A stretch of DNA of 64,000 bases, taken from an uncultured Planctomycetota bacterium (lineage in GTDB: Bacteria; Planctomycetota; Planctomycetia; Isosphaerales; Isosphaeraceae). The position numbers and the translations under genes are program-made. Positions 11,882-24,239 of this stretch are shown here, in pieces. The first letter of the stretch is position 1. Every line of letters begins with the position of its first letter. The stretch covers positions 32,001-96,000 of the forward strand of contig CAWGMQ010000003.1 in the NCBI GenBank assembly GCA_963823665.1, in the 5' to 3' direction. Under the pieces are notes generated by a model that saw only the letters and a list, made by a program, of their open reading frames with translations, did no database searches and was not told the origin of the DNA.

Positions 11882-13589
11882 ACGTTGATGCGGCGCTTGC
11901 GCCTCTGGCTCGCGTGATGCGTTTGCGAGCGATTTCGGGTGGACAGCGAGGCGCGAACCGTCTCGCGTTGCCAGCGCCGAAGCACTGGGAATGGCTCGTG
12001 CTGGGGCTGCTTGCCACTTTCTTTGTCCTGGTCGGCGCGATCGACCTGGATCTCGGCCCCTCCGAGGCACGGCTGGGTTTGGCCGCCGGCGAACAGCCCG
12101 GACCTCTGGGCCAGGTCGTCGGATACTGGGCACCCGACTTGTGGCCGGCGAAGGTCGTGCCAAGCTACATCCTGGCGCTGATCGAGCCCGGAGGACGGCC
12201 CACTTCGGCGGCGGTTCGCTGGCCGGCGGCGATTGGCGGGAATCCTTGCCGGGTGGATCTTGTCGCGCAGGACGGCGCGTTTCATGGGGACCAGCGCGGG
12301 GCTCCTGGCTGGCTGTCTGCTGGTTCGGAAGCGTGGCTTTGATCGATCGCTCGAGCGCTCTGGGGATGGATTTCATCGTCGGGCTGGCGATCCTCGCCAC
12401 TCTCAGCCGATTGATGACCACCGGGCGTACGGACTGGATCGCCGGGCTCTGGGCGTCGCTGGCGTTCCTCGCGGGCGGGTTGCCGCCTCTGGTCATGATT
12501 GCGCTGGCGACGATCGTGATGGGTCGTGCAAACAAACCGATTCTCACTCTCGCTGCTCATGCCACCGCTTCTCACGTTGATCGCCTGGTCGGCGTGGACT
12601 TCCGCCACACTTTCGCCCGAAATCTGCGCCGGGCGCTCGGGTTGCCGTTCACTCAGAAACCGGAATGGTCGCTGGGCGCCCTGGTTCTGGTCCTGGGTCT
12701 TCCATTCAGTCCGTTCGCCGTCCTGGCGATCGCCCGCTCGACCCGAAGCGCATGGACTCCCGAGGCTCGGGCCTGGATGACGGCATGGTTTCAGGCGGCG
12801 GTCGCCAGCCTGATCGCCGGCTCGTTGGTGCCGGGTCTGGCGACGCCGGCGCGAGTGATCATGCTCGGCGCGATGGCGATGGGGGCCGCCGCCGGATTGG
12901 AATGCCGCGTGGAAGCAGTCGATCTCCCGCGCGGCGGGCCGCACGTTTCTTCGTTCTGTTCTCGATCGTGATGGCGATCTGGCTTTGCGTCATGATGTTC
13001 GGTAGCGTACGTCTGGACCTTATGCCTGGCTTATTATCGCGTGCTCGGCATCGGAATGGCTGTTCTCATCCTGGGCGTGGCCGCACTTTGCTGGCTGGCC
13101 CTGGCGATACGTCGTGCCCGGCTTGCCATTGCTCACGCTCGTGCTCGCCGCGGTCGGGCTCAAGTTCGCCTACTGGTGCTACTACGTGCCGGAGTGGAAC
13201 TATCGTTACAGTCAGGGACCGTGGGCGCGTGCGGTCGCTCAGTGGATTCCGCGCAAAGTGGACGTTATACGTTCTGCACGAGTGGCCGGCCGACTTCGAA
13301 TTCTTCACCAAGCGCACCGTCCGCCAGTTACATAGCCCCCATTTCCTCGAACACCAGGGCGGCAATGCGTCCAAGTTCGTGCTGCTGCTCGCCTCGGAGT
13401 TTGAGAACTGGCCCGCGACTGCACCGCCGATCACGCAGGTGGCAAGGTTCACAGACGCAGTCGGCCGGTGAGCGGATCCTGGCCCGAACGGCCGGCCCGA
13501 TTCCCCTGCCGCCCGGTCGCAACCACGCGTGGATCAGTTATCTTCGCAAGAACGCCGCGGCCGCCTCGCCGGATTCTGATCGACGTTGA
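11878..13589 (+). CDS. Multi-TM ArnT-like membrane protein; several frame breaks
   Basis: Successive hydrophobic segments in ORFs 11878..12342, 11991..12971, 12665..13471, 13114..13335, 13041..13589; VRWPAA motif; ATGA overlap with the phosphatase. Confidence 0.6.
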
Positions 13590-13992
13590 GAGAATGAAGA
13601 TCGCCTCCGTTGCTCTCGGGGCTGCGGCGATACACTGACGAATGCATGCAGTCAAGTTCAAGATTCGTTAATGAAACCATAACTTCGGACGAATGTCACT
13701 TTGTCGCACGAGCGTCGTACTCATACCGTTAACGAGGAGCAGAAGACGAGTGCGCGCGTGGAACGGTATGCTCGAGTTGCGAACATTTTTCCCCTCAACA
13801 TCGGTCGACTGCGTAGAATGTTGATGAAGCTACATGATGGGATGGTCCCGCCGCGACAAAATGCTACGCTGGGGCAAAGTCATCACCTCGATTGCAATGA
13901 ATGATTGAGTCAATCTCCGCGACCGCCGTGGGTGCGCCTCATTCCCCAATAGGATCACCGGGGTTTTTCAAGAACAGATCGAGAGCGTCGTG

Positions 13993-14871
13993 ATGCTCAC
14001 CAAGTTGAGAGAGCTATTTGCTTCGAGTGGATCAGGTGGCGCCTCTGGCGGATCGCGCCGGGTGAACCTCGAGAAGCGTTTCTCGATTGTCTCGGAGACT
14101 TCGCGCGGAAGCATGTCCAAGGTCTTTCGCGCGCTCGACAATCAGACCGGCAAGACGGTTTGCTTGAAAGTGCAATCTCGAGAAAAGAACGAAGCGGCCA
14201 CCGCCCGAGCTTCGGCCAAGGAAAGACGTCCCGTTCGAGGGGGAGATGGCCATTCATCTGGTGCACCCTCACATCGTTCGCACGTTCGAGTATGGGACGA
14301 CCAATCGCGGCGAGCACTTCCTGGTGATGGAATTCATCGACGGGGTCAGCTTTCAGTTCGTGCGCGAGACACGGTCGGCTCGCACGGCCGAAAAGGTCGA
14401 GCTGCTGGCCCAGGCCGCCGAAGCGCTCGCCTCACTCCACTCCGTCGGGTTTATCCATCACGACATCAATCCGCGGAATTTCCTGGTCAATCGCGAACAG
14501 CACGTCAAGATGATCGACTTCGGCCTGACCATTCCCAACCGGCCGGCGTTCTGCGGGCCCGGCAACCGTACCGGAACGGTGCAGTACATGGCCCCCGAGC
14601 TGTTGCGTCGGGAGGCGATCGACGAGCGGATCGACATCTTCGCCTTCGGCGTGATGGCATTCGAGTTCCTGACCGAGCGCCTGCCGTACGACGCCACCAA
14701 CAACGCCGCGCTGATGCTCCAGCGCATCAACGCCGAGCCGCTCGACCCGGCCCAGGTCAAGCCCCAGCTCTCGGAAGAGTTGTGCGCGTTGCTTCGCCAG
14801 CTGACGGCCAAGGAAGCCGCGAACAGCGCTTGGCGGATTTGAAAACCCTTCCCGAAGCCCTGCGGCAGTAG
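13993..14871 (+). CDS. Ser/Thr protein kinase, catalytic domain only; frame breaks near 14235 and 14815
   Basis: GSMSKVF, VCLK, HPHIV, VMEFIDG, HHDINPRN, DFG, GTVQYMAPE, DIFAFG. Confidence 0.88.
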   Translation: MLTKLRELFASSGSGGASGGSRRVNLEKRFSIVSETSRGSMSKVFRALDNQTGKTVCLKVQSREKNEAATARASAKERRPVRGGDGHSSGAPSHRSHVRVWDDQSRRALPGDGIHRRGQLSVRARDTVGSHGRKGRAAGPGRRSARLTPLRRVYPSRHQSAEFPGQSRTARQDDRLRPDHSQPAGVLRARQPYRNGAVHGPRAVASGGDRRADRHLRLRRDGIRVPDRAPAVRRHQQRRADAPAHQRRAARPGPGQAPALGRVVRVASPADGQGSREQRLADLKTLPEALRQ

Positions 14872-14932
14872 TTCCGGTAAAGCGGCAAACAGGACCAAAG
14901 TAACGACTGTGCGGACTGGCGATAACTCCGGT

Positions 14933-15851
14933 CTACTGGCCGACGCGGGCCGCTTGAATGACACGCGGGTGTTTGGCGTGGTCGAACACCGTCGGGGCCA
15001 GCTTCAGCCCCGGCTGTTTCTCGATCAAGGCGCGTACCGGCAATTCCTGCGCGCTGCCGATCTCCAGGATGAGGTGCCCGCCCGGCCGCAGGTGCGCGGG
15101 CGCGTCCTCGATCAAGCGCGAGACCACCACCAGGCCGCCTGGCCCGCCGTCAAGGGCCAGTCGCGGCTCGTAGTCCTTCACGCCCGCTTCAAGTTGATCG
15201 ATCTCATCGCTTGCAATGTAGGGAGGGTTGGCGATGATCGCGTCGAAACCGTCTTCACCGCCAAGCGGCTCGAGCCCGATCACCCAGCCGAAAGTCGATG
15301 CGATCGGCCACGCCAAGCTCGGCGGCATTCGCCTCTGGCGACCGCCAGCGCTCGCTCGCTGATGTCGATCGCAACGAAGTGTGCCCCTGGCTGACGGTGC
15401 ACCGAGGCGATGGCCAGGCAGCCCGAACCGGTCCCGACATCGACACACCGCGGCGACTCGATCGCCTCGGGTTGCAGTCAGGTATTCGGTCACGACGAAT
15501 TCCGATTCCGGACGCGGGATCAATACATCCGGAGACACGGTAAACGACAGCGAGAAGAATTCCTTGCGGCCGACGAGGTAGGCCACCGGCGCCCCCGCTG
15601 CTCGCCTCTGCACAAGCTCGCGGAACGCCTTCCGCGCCGGCTCAGCCACCTCATCGTTGAAATGCGTGTAGAGCTCGACCCGCTGCGTCTCAAGCGCGTG
15701 AGCCAGCATGACCTCCGCGTCCAGGCGCGGGCTCTCAGACCCCTTTCGCTTGAGGAAATCGGTGGTCCAGCCGAGCAATCGCCCGATCGGTCCAGGCCGT
15801 CGTCGCCGGGCTTCTCCGGTTCATCCCGCGCGGTTGTCGTGCGTCTTGCAT
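14933..15851 (-). CDS. prmC: Release factor glutamine methyltransferase PrmC; frame breaks
   Basis: SPRLDAEVMLAH, PVAYLVG, VLIPRPE, ANPPY, YEPRLALDGG; directly downstream of prfA; start approximate. Confidence 0.92.
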
Positions 15852-15910
15852 CGATCACGGTGAAGAGACCCCACTCCGTTCTCGCCTCGCAAGCGAGTCT
15901 GCCGCCTTGG

Positions 15911-16983
15911 TCACGCCAGGTCGCCTAGCTGTTCGCGCCGGTCGTGCTCGATCAGGGCGCTCGTCAGGGCGAGTAGGTCACCTTGGATGATCTGGTCCAG
16001 ATTGTACAGCGTCAGACCGATCCGATGATCGGTCATGCGGTTCTGAGGAAAATTATACGTGCGAATTCTCTGCGAGCGATCCCCAGATCCCATCAGTTTT
16101 CGGCGTGCTTCGTCGCGCTCGTTCCGCGCCGACTCGCGCATCTGGTCAAACAGCCGGCTGCGCAAGATCCGCATGGCCTTGGACTTGTTCTTGTGCTGGC
16201 TCCTTTCGTCCCGGCAATTGACGACCACGCCGGTGGGAAGATGGGTAATCCGGACGCCGCTTTCGGTCTTGTTCTGGTGCTGGCCGCCCGGCCCGCCGGC
16301 ACGCATGACGTCGATGAGGAGATCCTCCGGCCGGATCACGATGTCGACCTCTTCGGGCTCGGGAAGCACGACGACGGTCGCGGCCGAGGTGTGAATGCGC
16401 CCCTGGGCTTCGGTTTCGGGCACGCGTTGAACGCGATGGCCGCCGCTTTCAAACTGAATGTGGCGAAATGCGCGTGTCGCCGCTCAAGCTGAAGGAAACC
16501 TCGCGGAAGCCCGCCAGCTCGGTCGCTTCCATGTCGAGCATCTCGAACTTCCACCCCATTCTCTCGGCGAACCGGCGATACATCTCGTACAGGTCGCGTG
16601 CGAAGAGCGCCGCTTCTTCTCCACCGGTACCCGCCCGGATCTCCAGGATCACGGCCGCGTGCATGGCCCCGGCCTTTCGGTCGTAGAGCAAGTCGCGAAG
16701 TGCCTCACCTTCGCTCGCCTCCTTGTCTCGCAGCGCGGCCAGCTCGGCCTCGGCGTAACGACCGCATTTCGGGGTCGCTTTCGTGCTTGCAAACCTCCTC
16801 TGCCTCGGAAATCTGGCGGCCGAGATCGAGATAGCGCCCGTAACCGAGGGCGAGCTTCGCGAGCGAGCCCCGTTCCTTCGAGAGCGCGCGGACCTGACGT
16901 GCGTCAGACGTCACTTCCGGGTCAAGCAACGCTCGCTCGATTTCCAGAAATCGCTGATAATCCGCCTGGAGTTTCTCGAACAT
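15911..16983 (-). CDS. prfA: Peptide chain release factor 1; frame breaks near 16760, 16700 and 16470
   Basis: [18 protein letters not shown] (PxT motif), [20 protein letters not shown]. Confidence 0.95.
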
Positions 16984-17111
16984 GAGAGTTCCCGGCGACG
17001 TCGCCGGCGCATTCCGGACTGGCGGCCGACTGAGCGAAACGCAGAACGGCCCGCGGTCCGATCGTCTTGACCGGGTCGCGGGCCGTCGCCGTGAAACGTC
17101 GAGTTGAGGCG

Positions 17112-17361
17112 CTAGGTCTTCTCTGCCAGCGGGCGCCGCAGCACCCTTCTTGCCCTTGCCGTAGGTCCCTTGGAACTTCTTGTTGAAACGATCGACGCGC
17201 CCCGCGGCATCGACAAACTTGACCGAGCCGGTGAAGTACGGGTGGCACTTCGAGCACACTTCAACCGCGATCTTGGCTTTGGTGCTGCGTGTGTTGAACG
17301 TGTTGCCGCATCCGCAGGTAACGACGCAGTCCTGATACTTGGGGTGAATTCCGTCTTTCAT
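17112..17361 (-). CDS. rpmE: 50S ribosomal protein L31 (Zn-binding type); stop probably at 17112 after an indel
   Basis: [31 protein letters not shown]; upstream of prfA. Confidence 0.95.
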
Positions 17362-17411
17362 TGATCTCTACTTGCTAAACAGAGGTTTGCGTTGGTTTGT
17401 GGCCGGGTGAA

Positions 17412-17959
17412 TCACTTCTTGGCGTCGAGCAGCGAGCTGATCGCCTTCTCGACTTCGTCGTAAGTGAACTGGTTATCGGGGTCGTCCATCGTGAATCGTT
17501 TCACTTCCTTCCCATCGGGCCCATACACGAATACGGCGGGAATCGTGTTGACGTGAAACTTCTCGAAGCCCCCGCCCTCGCCTTCATCAAGAAGGATGTT
17601 GATGATATTCGACTTCTTGGATTCGAGGAACTTCATGGCCTCTTTGACGGCGGCTTCGTCTTCGGGATCATCGAATGAGAGCGAGATGACTTGCAGGCCC
17701 TTGTCGGCGAATTTCTTGTGCATCTCGAGCACGTGCGAGAAGTTCTCCTTGCAGGGACCGCACGTCGTCGCCCAGGCGTCGACCAGGGTGTACTTGATCT
17801 TCTGGTTCTCGGCCAAGCGGGCCTGGAGCTGTTTCCAGTTCAGCCGCTCGAGCTTGACTTTACCGCTTCGAGTCGCCGTCGTCTGACCGACCGGTACGAG
17901 CCACAGACCCCAACCACGCCACCCGCGATCAAAACGACCAGCACCAGGTATCGAGCCAT
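17412..17959 (-). CDS. TlpA-like thioredoxin-fold protein with signal peptide; frame break near 17900
   Basis: LVDAWATTCGPC; MARYLVLVVLIAG leader in the adjacent frame. Confidence 0.85.
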
Positions 17960-18085
17960 TGGGTTCATCGAAGTTCTTTCTCAATGAATAACGCCGCCGA
18001 GCCGATCGCTCGGCCCGGCAGCTATCAAATTGATCGTACATCACGATCAGCGAATCAAGCAAGCACGATGCGCCCGGGCACGTGC

Positions 18086-18704
18086 TCATTTCGCTCCTCT
18101 TGTAGACAACGTTGCAACCCTGGGGCTGGGTCTCTTCGACCGGAGGCGTCTCACCCTTCAGCAGGGCCTCGACCGCGTCTTTCAGATAGGTCTTCGTGAC
18201 CTTGTCTTCACGCTGGCTGTTGTCCATCGCACCTAGGTAGCGGATCTTCCGCTCCTTGTCGAAGACGAAGAACTGCGGCGTGTTGGTCGCACCATACGCA
18301 CGGCCGATCTTCTGGCTTTCGTCATAGCCGTAGACGTAGTTCGACTTGTGATCCTTCATGTAGTCCTTGATGGCCGGAATGCGGTCATCGTCGCGGTCAT
18401 TGACGCTCACGCCCACGACCTTCACGCCCTTGTCCTTGTAGGCCGCCGTGAACTCGATCAAACGATCTTCGTACGCCTTGACGACCGGGCAGTGATTGCC
18501 CAGGAAGACCAGAACGACGACCGGCTCCTTGATGTCGGTCAACGTCAGACGCTGGTGTCTTCGCCGTTCTCGACAGCCGGAAGGCCCGAGAACTCAGGCG
18601 CCTTGTCGCCGAGCAGCGACCTTCTTGTTGAACTTCCCCGGGCCGCCGAGGGCCGGCATGGCGATCAGCGAAAGAACCACGAGACCCAATGCAAATTTTC
18701 GCAT
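18086..18704 (-). CDS. Exported redoxin (AhpC/TSA-like thioredoxin family protein); frame breaks
   Basis: MRKFALGLVVLSL leader; FLGNHCPVV, YGATNTPQFFVFD, YLGAMD, PQGC; ORF 17412..18542 is an artefactual fusion. Confidence 0.8.
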
Positions 18705-19043
18705 CGATGCAAACTCCTGTTGAGACTCACGATCGGACGGGACTGCGAATGTGCCTTCCCGCCAATCAACCACTCAGTGCTTTCGTCGAACCCTGATTTC
18801 GGACTGGAGCATCCAACCAAGGCTTGGACCCTGCGTGTTCCCGATGCCAGACCCGTCTTGAATGCCCGCTGCCCCAATGCGGACCGATCGCTTCACATTC
18901 ACTCCACGCATGGAACCAAGCACGAATTCTCGAGGGGCTCGATCTGCGCGGGATCGACTCAGGATCGATTATAAAAGGCGTCAAACGCTAGTCAACCGTC
19001 CCTGAAACAGTTCATGGACCCTTCAAATTCTCTTAGTCGATCG

Positions 19044-19100
19044 AAAAAATGATATTCGGGGTGCCAGAGGAGGCGATTTCGCCTGCCTCTGCACCCCGAG
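19044..19100 (-). terminator. Probable intrinsic terminator
   Basis: Long GC hairpin CGGGGTGC-AGAGG-AGGCGA/TCGCCT-CCTCT-GCACCCCG followed on the minus strand by ATCATTTTTT, downstream of 19165..19881. Confidence 0.55.
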
Positions 19101-19164
19101 TGATCAGTCACGTCACGTCACGATCAGTGCGCCAGCCAAATTCCTCACCGGCTCAAGCACGCGG

Positions 19165-19881
19165 TCACTTCTCGATCCGTGAATTCTGGATCGTGTCTTC
19201 TTCTCGGTGCTCGACGAAGTGCCACGAGATCTCCTTGACCACGATCTTCACGAACGTGTGGGCGAACGCACTACGGCTCGTCCCCGAGTCAATCGGCAGC
19301 GGCCCGCGGTTCGGGAAAGTGCTCTCCGCGTAACCATCGTAGATGTTGTGGGATTCCTTGGGCTGGTCCTTGATCGGTTTGTCCCGGCTGTTCTTGGGGT
19401 AATCCAGCTCGAACACCTGGATGTGCACCTTCGACTCGCCATGCACCATGTTCAGATCGCCTGGCGACTGCGACTGGAATTGCTCGACCTCGAGGAAAAT
19501 CGCGACATCCGCCCCGAAGTCTCGAGCCGCGTCGGCGGGCTCGGTCCAGTGCGGGTGGGCCTCAACCCAGGTCGCGACCTTGTCCGGCTCGACGATCGTG
19601 ATCTTCTTGATCTTCTTCCGCAGGATGTCAGCCAGGATGCGAGGTACATCGCGATCGAGCGACGGATATTCCCCCGCAGCCGACGATGTGACGTTGCACA
19701 GGATCACGACCTTCTTCCCTTCGAGCTGCGGAGATCCCTCAGGAGGAGGGATGGTCGATTCGAACGGCTGGAGGAAGTAGGCGAGGGTCCGCGGGTCACA
19801 TCCACAGACCGCGATCAAGCCGCCGGCAACCAGCACGATTCTCGCGGCGATCTGAAACCTCGTGCGAATTCGAGGGGTCAT
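19165..19881 (-). CDS. Hypothetical lipoprotein
   Basis: Basic N-terminus, hydrophobic stretch and lipobox-like VCGC; intact 238-aa ORF. Confidence 0.7.
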   Translation of the reverse strand: MTPRIRTRFQIAARIVLVAGGLIAVCGCDPRTLAYFLQPFESTIPPPEGSPQLEGKKVVILCNVTSSAAGEYPSLDRDVPRILADILRKKIKKITIVEPDKVATWVEAHPHWTEPADAARDFGADVAIFLEVEQFQSQSPGDLNMVHGESKVHIQVFELDYPKNSRDKPIKDQPKESHNIYDGYAESTFPNRGPLPIDSGTSRSAFAHTFVKIVVKEISWHFVEHREEDTIQNSRIEK

Positions 19882-20411
19882 CCGTCCCCCCTCCTTCCTT
19901 GATTAATGATCAGAACCCTGTTCCGGCTATGGCGCTCTCGGCCAAACCCCTGCCCGACCGGAACGGCGGGCGAGACGATCAATCGCACCAACCAGGTCGC
20001 GACGCTCAGTAGGACGGCCGCGACAATTACAATCACCAGCGGCCTCGACAGCGACTTGAACCCGCACGGTTGGTTCGCAACCGCGCTCGCCGCCAGCCAG
20101 AAAATGAGCGGAACCGACAGCATGGCAAACATGCACCCCGCCGGATTCGCCTGCCATGACCTGTCGAATCGGCCTCGCGCAACCCAGGCAAACGCGGTCG
20201 TCATCCCGCATGTCGGACACGGCCTCCCCGTCGATGTCATGAACGAGCAAGGCTGCAATCCGAGCTGCGTGTGCGTGCCGAATCCGCTTGGATCGGGCTC
20301 CAGCTTCCTCGCCAGGACCAAAAGCCCCAGTATCACGGCCGCCGCCACCAACAGCGAACACCGGATCGGCCAACCCAATGGATGAACCGCACGCGGTCGC
20401 AGGTTCACGGT
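19878..20411 (-). CDS. DUF2752-family membrane protein
   Basis: GTHTQLGLQPC...PCPTCGMTTAF...ANPAG; start uncertain. Confidence 0.8.
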   Translation of the reverse strand, partial: TVNLRPRAVHPLGWPIRCSLLVAAAVILGLLVLARKLEPDPSGFGTHTQLGLQPCSFMTSTGRPCPTCGMTTAFAWVARGRFDRSWQANPAGCMFAMLSVPLIFWLAASAVANQPCGFKSLSRPLVIVIVAAVLLSVATWLVRLIVSPAVPVGQGFGRERHSRNRVLIINQGRRGDG

Positions 20412-20591
20412 TGGCCCCCGTCCAAGAAGACATGCACGCGCCGGCGCGCCTGAAAGCAAGGGCCTGGAAAGGAAGGCGGACGTTACTCGAAACGCAAAAT
20501 CCAGGCAAGAGGAATCCGGAGCTCAAATCAAATTCCCAGCGGCCGCGCCTGCTCTACCAGTCTACGATCGACCAGCTCGCCGTTTCCACCC

Positions 20592-21259
20592 TCAAAGCGA
20601 TTCCACCCACGCCTCGGCTTCAAGCATGGCTTCTTGCATCCGCCGCTCGACCTCCCTGCGGCACGACTTCAAGCGTATCGCGGTCGGCGTCTGGCGGCAC
20701 GATCGACTGCCTCCGGCACGACGCAAGCCGCTGGACTGAACGGTCGAGGGACGGCGAATCGGTCCCAGCTCCTGGCTCTCCACGGCTTCTTGAACGCCAT
20801 TCCCGCCCCCACGATCGGGAAGGCCGTGCGGCTCGCAAGGTAGGCAACTCCCTGGTGAACCGACCGCCGCGGACCCCGCGGACCATCCGGCGTCACGCAC
20901 AGATGTCCCCGGTCAATGCGCAGGCTCATCTCCCGCAGCGCCCGCGCACCGCCCCGGGTCGTCGAGCCGCGAACCACGCTGAAGCCCAGCCGCCTGATCA
21001 CCTGCGTGATCAGCTCGCCATCCCGATGCTCGCTGATCAGAATGTGCATCTCGGGCCAGTTCCAGTAATAGGCCGGAAACAACATCACTTCGTGAAAGAA
21101 CGCGTAGATGTAGCGCTGGCCCGTCGACTTCGCGACCTCGGGGGCGACAGCCGGGTCCTTGTACCGAAAATGGTACTTGAGCGTCCGGCCAAGCCGCCGC
21201 ACGAAAGCGGCCCCGCCCGCGCCGATCGCCCGCACCAGAAGCGGATGCTCGATTTTCAT
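20592..21259 (-). CDS. DUF374 / lysophospholipid acyltransferase-family protein; frame break near 20700
   Basis: FFHE, ISEHRDGE, VRGSTTRGG, TPDGPRGP, SWDRFAVPRPF. Confidence 0.88.
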
Positions 21260-21455
21260 GCGATGCCGGTAATCTCATGCCGCTCGTCTGTCGCCCTGGG
21301 CGGTCCTGGGTTACCGCGACGGCCTACATTCCGCCGGCAACGAAGAGCCGCCGCATTAAAGCAGAATCTCGCCGCAGGGCCAGATCAGAAATGGGCAGCA
21401 GCGATCGCATGCCCGCCCCGACATCCGACTTCGCTCGAACACCCGTGCCGCGGGA

Positions 21456-24012
21456 TCACGGCGGCGGGCTATCCTTGCGGCCGTTGGGAAGCCTGTTACG
21501 AACGCCCCGTGGGGCAACCTTCTCCGGGAGCGCGCACTGCGCGTTCGTCTTGGCGCCGGCTGCCGGTATGGCGAAGAGATAGCCGACGACGTCCGAAAGC
21601 GTATCGACGAGCCGAAGGGTCAGGTCGGCCTTGACCTCCGCGGGAATGTCCACCAGGTCTTTCTCGTTGTGGCGCGGCAAGAGAACGATCTCGATGCCGG
21701 CCCGCCGTGCCGCCAGGATCTTCTCCCGCACGCCGCCGACGGGCAGCACTCTCCCGGTCAGCGTCACCTCTCCGGTCATCGCCAGATTCGGCACAATCGG
21801 CAGGGCTCGGAAGAAGCTGATCAGCGCGGCGGTGATCGCCACGCCCGCCGACGGACCATCCTTCGGGACGGCCCCGGCCGGCACGTGGATGTGCAGGTCC
21901 GTCTTGCCGAAGCGCGACGCATCGAGCGACAGCGCCTTGGCATTGCTGCGCAGGTAGCTGAGCGCGGCCTGGGCACTTTCCCGCATGGACTCGCCGAGCA
22001 AGCCGGTCAGCGTCAAGCTCCCCTTGCCGGTCATGCCGCTCGTCTCGATGAACAGGATCTCGCCGCCGGCCGGCGTCCAGGCCAGGCCCGTGGCGACTCC
22101 CGGCACGCCGGTCCGATCAGCCAGCTCGCGGAAGAACCGTGACGGCCCCAGCAGCTCGGCGGTATCCGCTGGCTCGACCTTGGTCGGCCCTTTCTGGCCC
22201 GTCCGCGCGGCGGCGGGCAACCTTGCGGCAGATGGCAGCAATCTCGCGCTCCAGGTTCCGCAGCCCGGCCTCCCGCGTGTAATCGGCGATGATCTTGCGG
22301 ATCGCCGCATCGGTGATCGAGAGGTCCTTGGCTTCGAGACCGTGTTGCTCGAGCTGCTTGGGTATGATGTACTTCTGCGCGATCTGCGTCTTTTCCTCCT
22401 CGCTGTAACCGGGAAGCTGCAACACTTCGAGCCGGTCCAGCAGCGGCGAAGGGATGGTCTCGAGCATGTTCGCAGTTGCAATGAACATCACCTTCGACAG
22501 ATCGAAATCAACGTCGAGGTAGTGGTCGCGGAAGGTCGAATTCTGTTCCGGGTCGAGCACCTCCAGGAGCGCCGCCGACGGGTCGCCGCGGAAATCCGCC
22601 CCCAGCTTGTCGACTTCGTCGAGCATGAACACGGGGTTGTTCGTCCCCGCCTTGCGGATCCCCTGAATCACACGACCGGGCAAGGCGGCCACATAGGTGC
22701 GACGGTGCCCTCGGATCTCCGCCTCGTCGTGCACCCCCCCCAGGCTCACCCGCACGAATTCACGGCCAAGCGCCTTGGCGATGCTTTTGCCTAGCGAGGT
22801 TTTGCCGGTTCCGGGCGGGCCGGCCAGGCACAGAATCGGCCCTTTCATGTCTCGCTTCAGCTTGCGCACCGCCAGGTATTCGAGAATCCGCTCCTTGATC
22901 TTCTCCAGGTCAAAATGGTCGTCGTCCAGCACCCGGCGCGCCCGCCTCAGGTCGAGGCGATCGCGGCTCGCCTTGCTCCACGGAAGAATCGCCAGCCAGT
23001 CCAGATACGTGCGCACGATCGAGTATTCCGCCGAGCTCGGGTGCATTCCCGAAAGCCGCTCCAGCTCACGCTCGGCCTCGCCCAGCACTTCCTGCGGCGG
23101 ATTCGCTTTCTTGATCCGCTCCCACATCTCTGCGACGTCGGGGTTCTCCCCCTCGCTTTCACCAAGCTCCTCCTGGATCGCCTTGAGCTGCTGGCGCAAG
23201 AAATGGTCGCGCTGGGCCTTGGTCAGCTCGCTGCCAACCTGCTCCTGGATCTTGGTCGAGAGCTCGAGGATCGCTAGCTGACGAGACAGGTATTGCCCCA
23301 GCCGCTCCAGACGAGCCCGCACGTTGATCTCACACAGCAGGCTCTGCTTCTCCTCGATCGTGAACGGAAGGCTCGACGCCAGCAGATCGGCCAGCCGGCC
23401 CGGCTCCTTGGTGTTGATCGCCGCAACTTGCAGCTCCTCCGGAATCTGCTGGCTCTGGTCCACCATCCGCTGAAAAAACCGGTTGACGTGATGCACGAGC
23501 GCATCCAGCTCGACACCCCCCTCGACGATGTCTTCATACGGCTCGATCCGCCCGATCAGATAGGGCTCCGTCTGCACCAGACCCACCAGCCGCGCCCGAT
23601 GCTGGCCCTGGCAGACGATCCGCGTCGAGCCATCGGGGAACTTGAGCATCTTCAGGATCAAACCGACGCATACGACCGGATAAAGATCGTCGATTCCCGG
23701 CGCGTCCGTCTCCGGATGAAGCTGACTCACTAACCCGACCATCCGCTCGCCCACCATGCAATCGTCAATCAACCGGATACCGCTGGGCCGGTTGACGACC
23801 AGCGGAACGACCGTCTGCGGAAAGACCACATCCGACCGCAGCGGCAAGAGCGGAATCTGGCACGGCTGCAGAGCCTGGTCATCCTCGCGCTCCGACAGCA
23901 CGAGGAGCCCACCGGCCTGGCCGGCTTTGCGGACCCGTTCCTCCACTGTCGGCACAACCGATTCGCCCGACGGCTTCCTCGGCTTTCTCGTTCGCGTTTT
24001 TCTTGGAGACAT
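21456..24012 (-). CDS. lon: ATP-dependent Lon protease; frame break near 22200
   Basis: LON N-domain, GPPGTGKTS, GHRRTY, LDEVDK, GLAWT, PKDGPSAG, GGVREK. Confidence 0.96.
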
Positions 24013-24239
24013 GGCGGCTTTCTGAATAGACCACGACCGCACGATCGCGGATGAATGATGATGATGAGGTCGGACGCCCTCCCACCCCCGGTCGGACCGT
24101 ACATGATTGTGGTTCGACGCCCCGAAAGAAAGGGATGACCTCACCCACATCATAGAATCAATCACACATCCCCGCGACCGTCAAACGGGCGGTTCTTTCT
24201 ACGTCGCGCCCGCCCCCCCGGTGCGCGGAGCTTCCGTCT

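Noticed and set aside
13590..13990. Possible riboswitch/ncRNA or 67-aa ORF in AT-richer intergenic DNA
   Set aside because: No recognisable consensus; most simply a promoter region; an Rfam scan would be needed
15911..16983. Programmed frameshift in the release factor
   Set aside because: This is RF1 (PxT motif); the known programmed shift is in prfB, and the several breaks here match window-wide indel noise
16705..17361. L31-RF1 fusion (218 aa)
   Set aside because: One indel restores a stop at 17112; prfA has its own ATG at 16983
17412..18542. Double-thioredoxin fusion (376 aa)
   Set aside because: The linker is non-protein-like and the second gene has its own signal peptide at 17959
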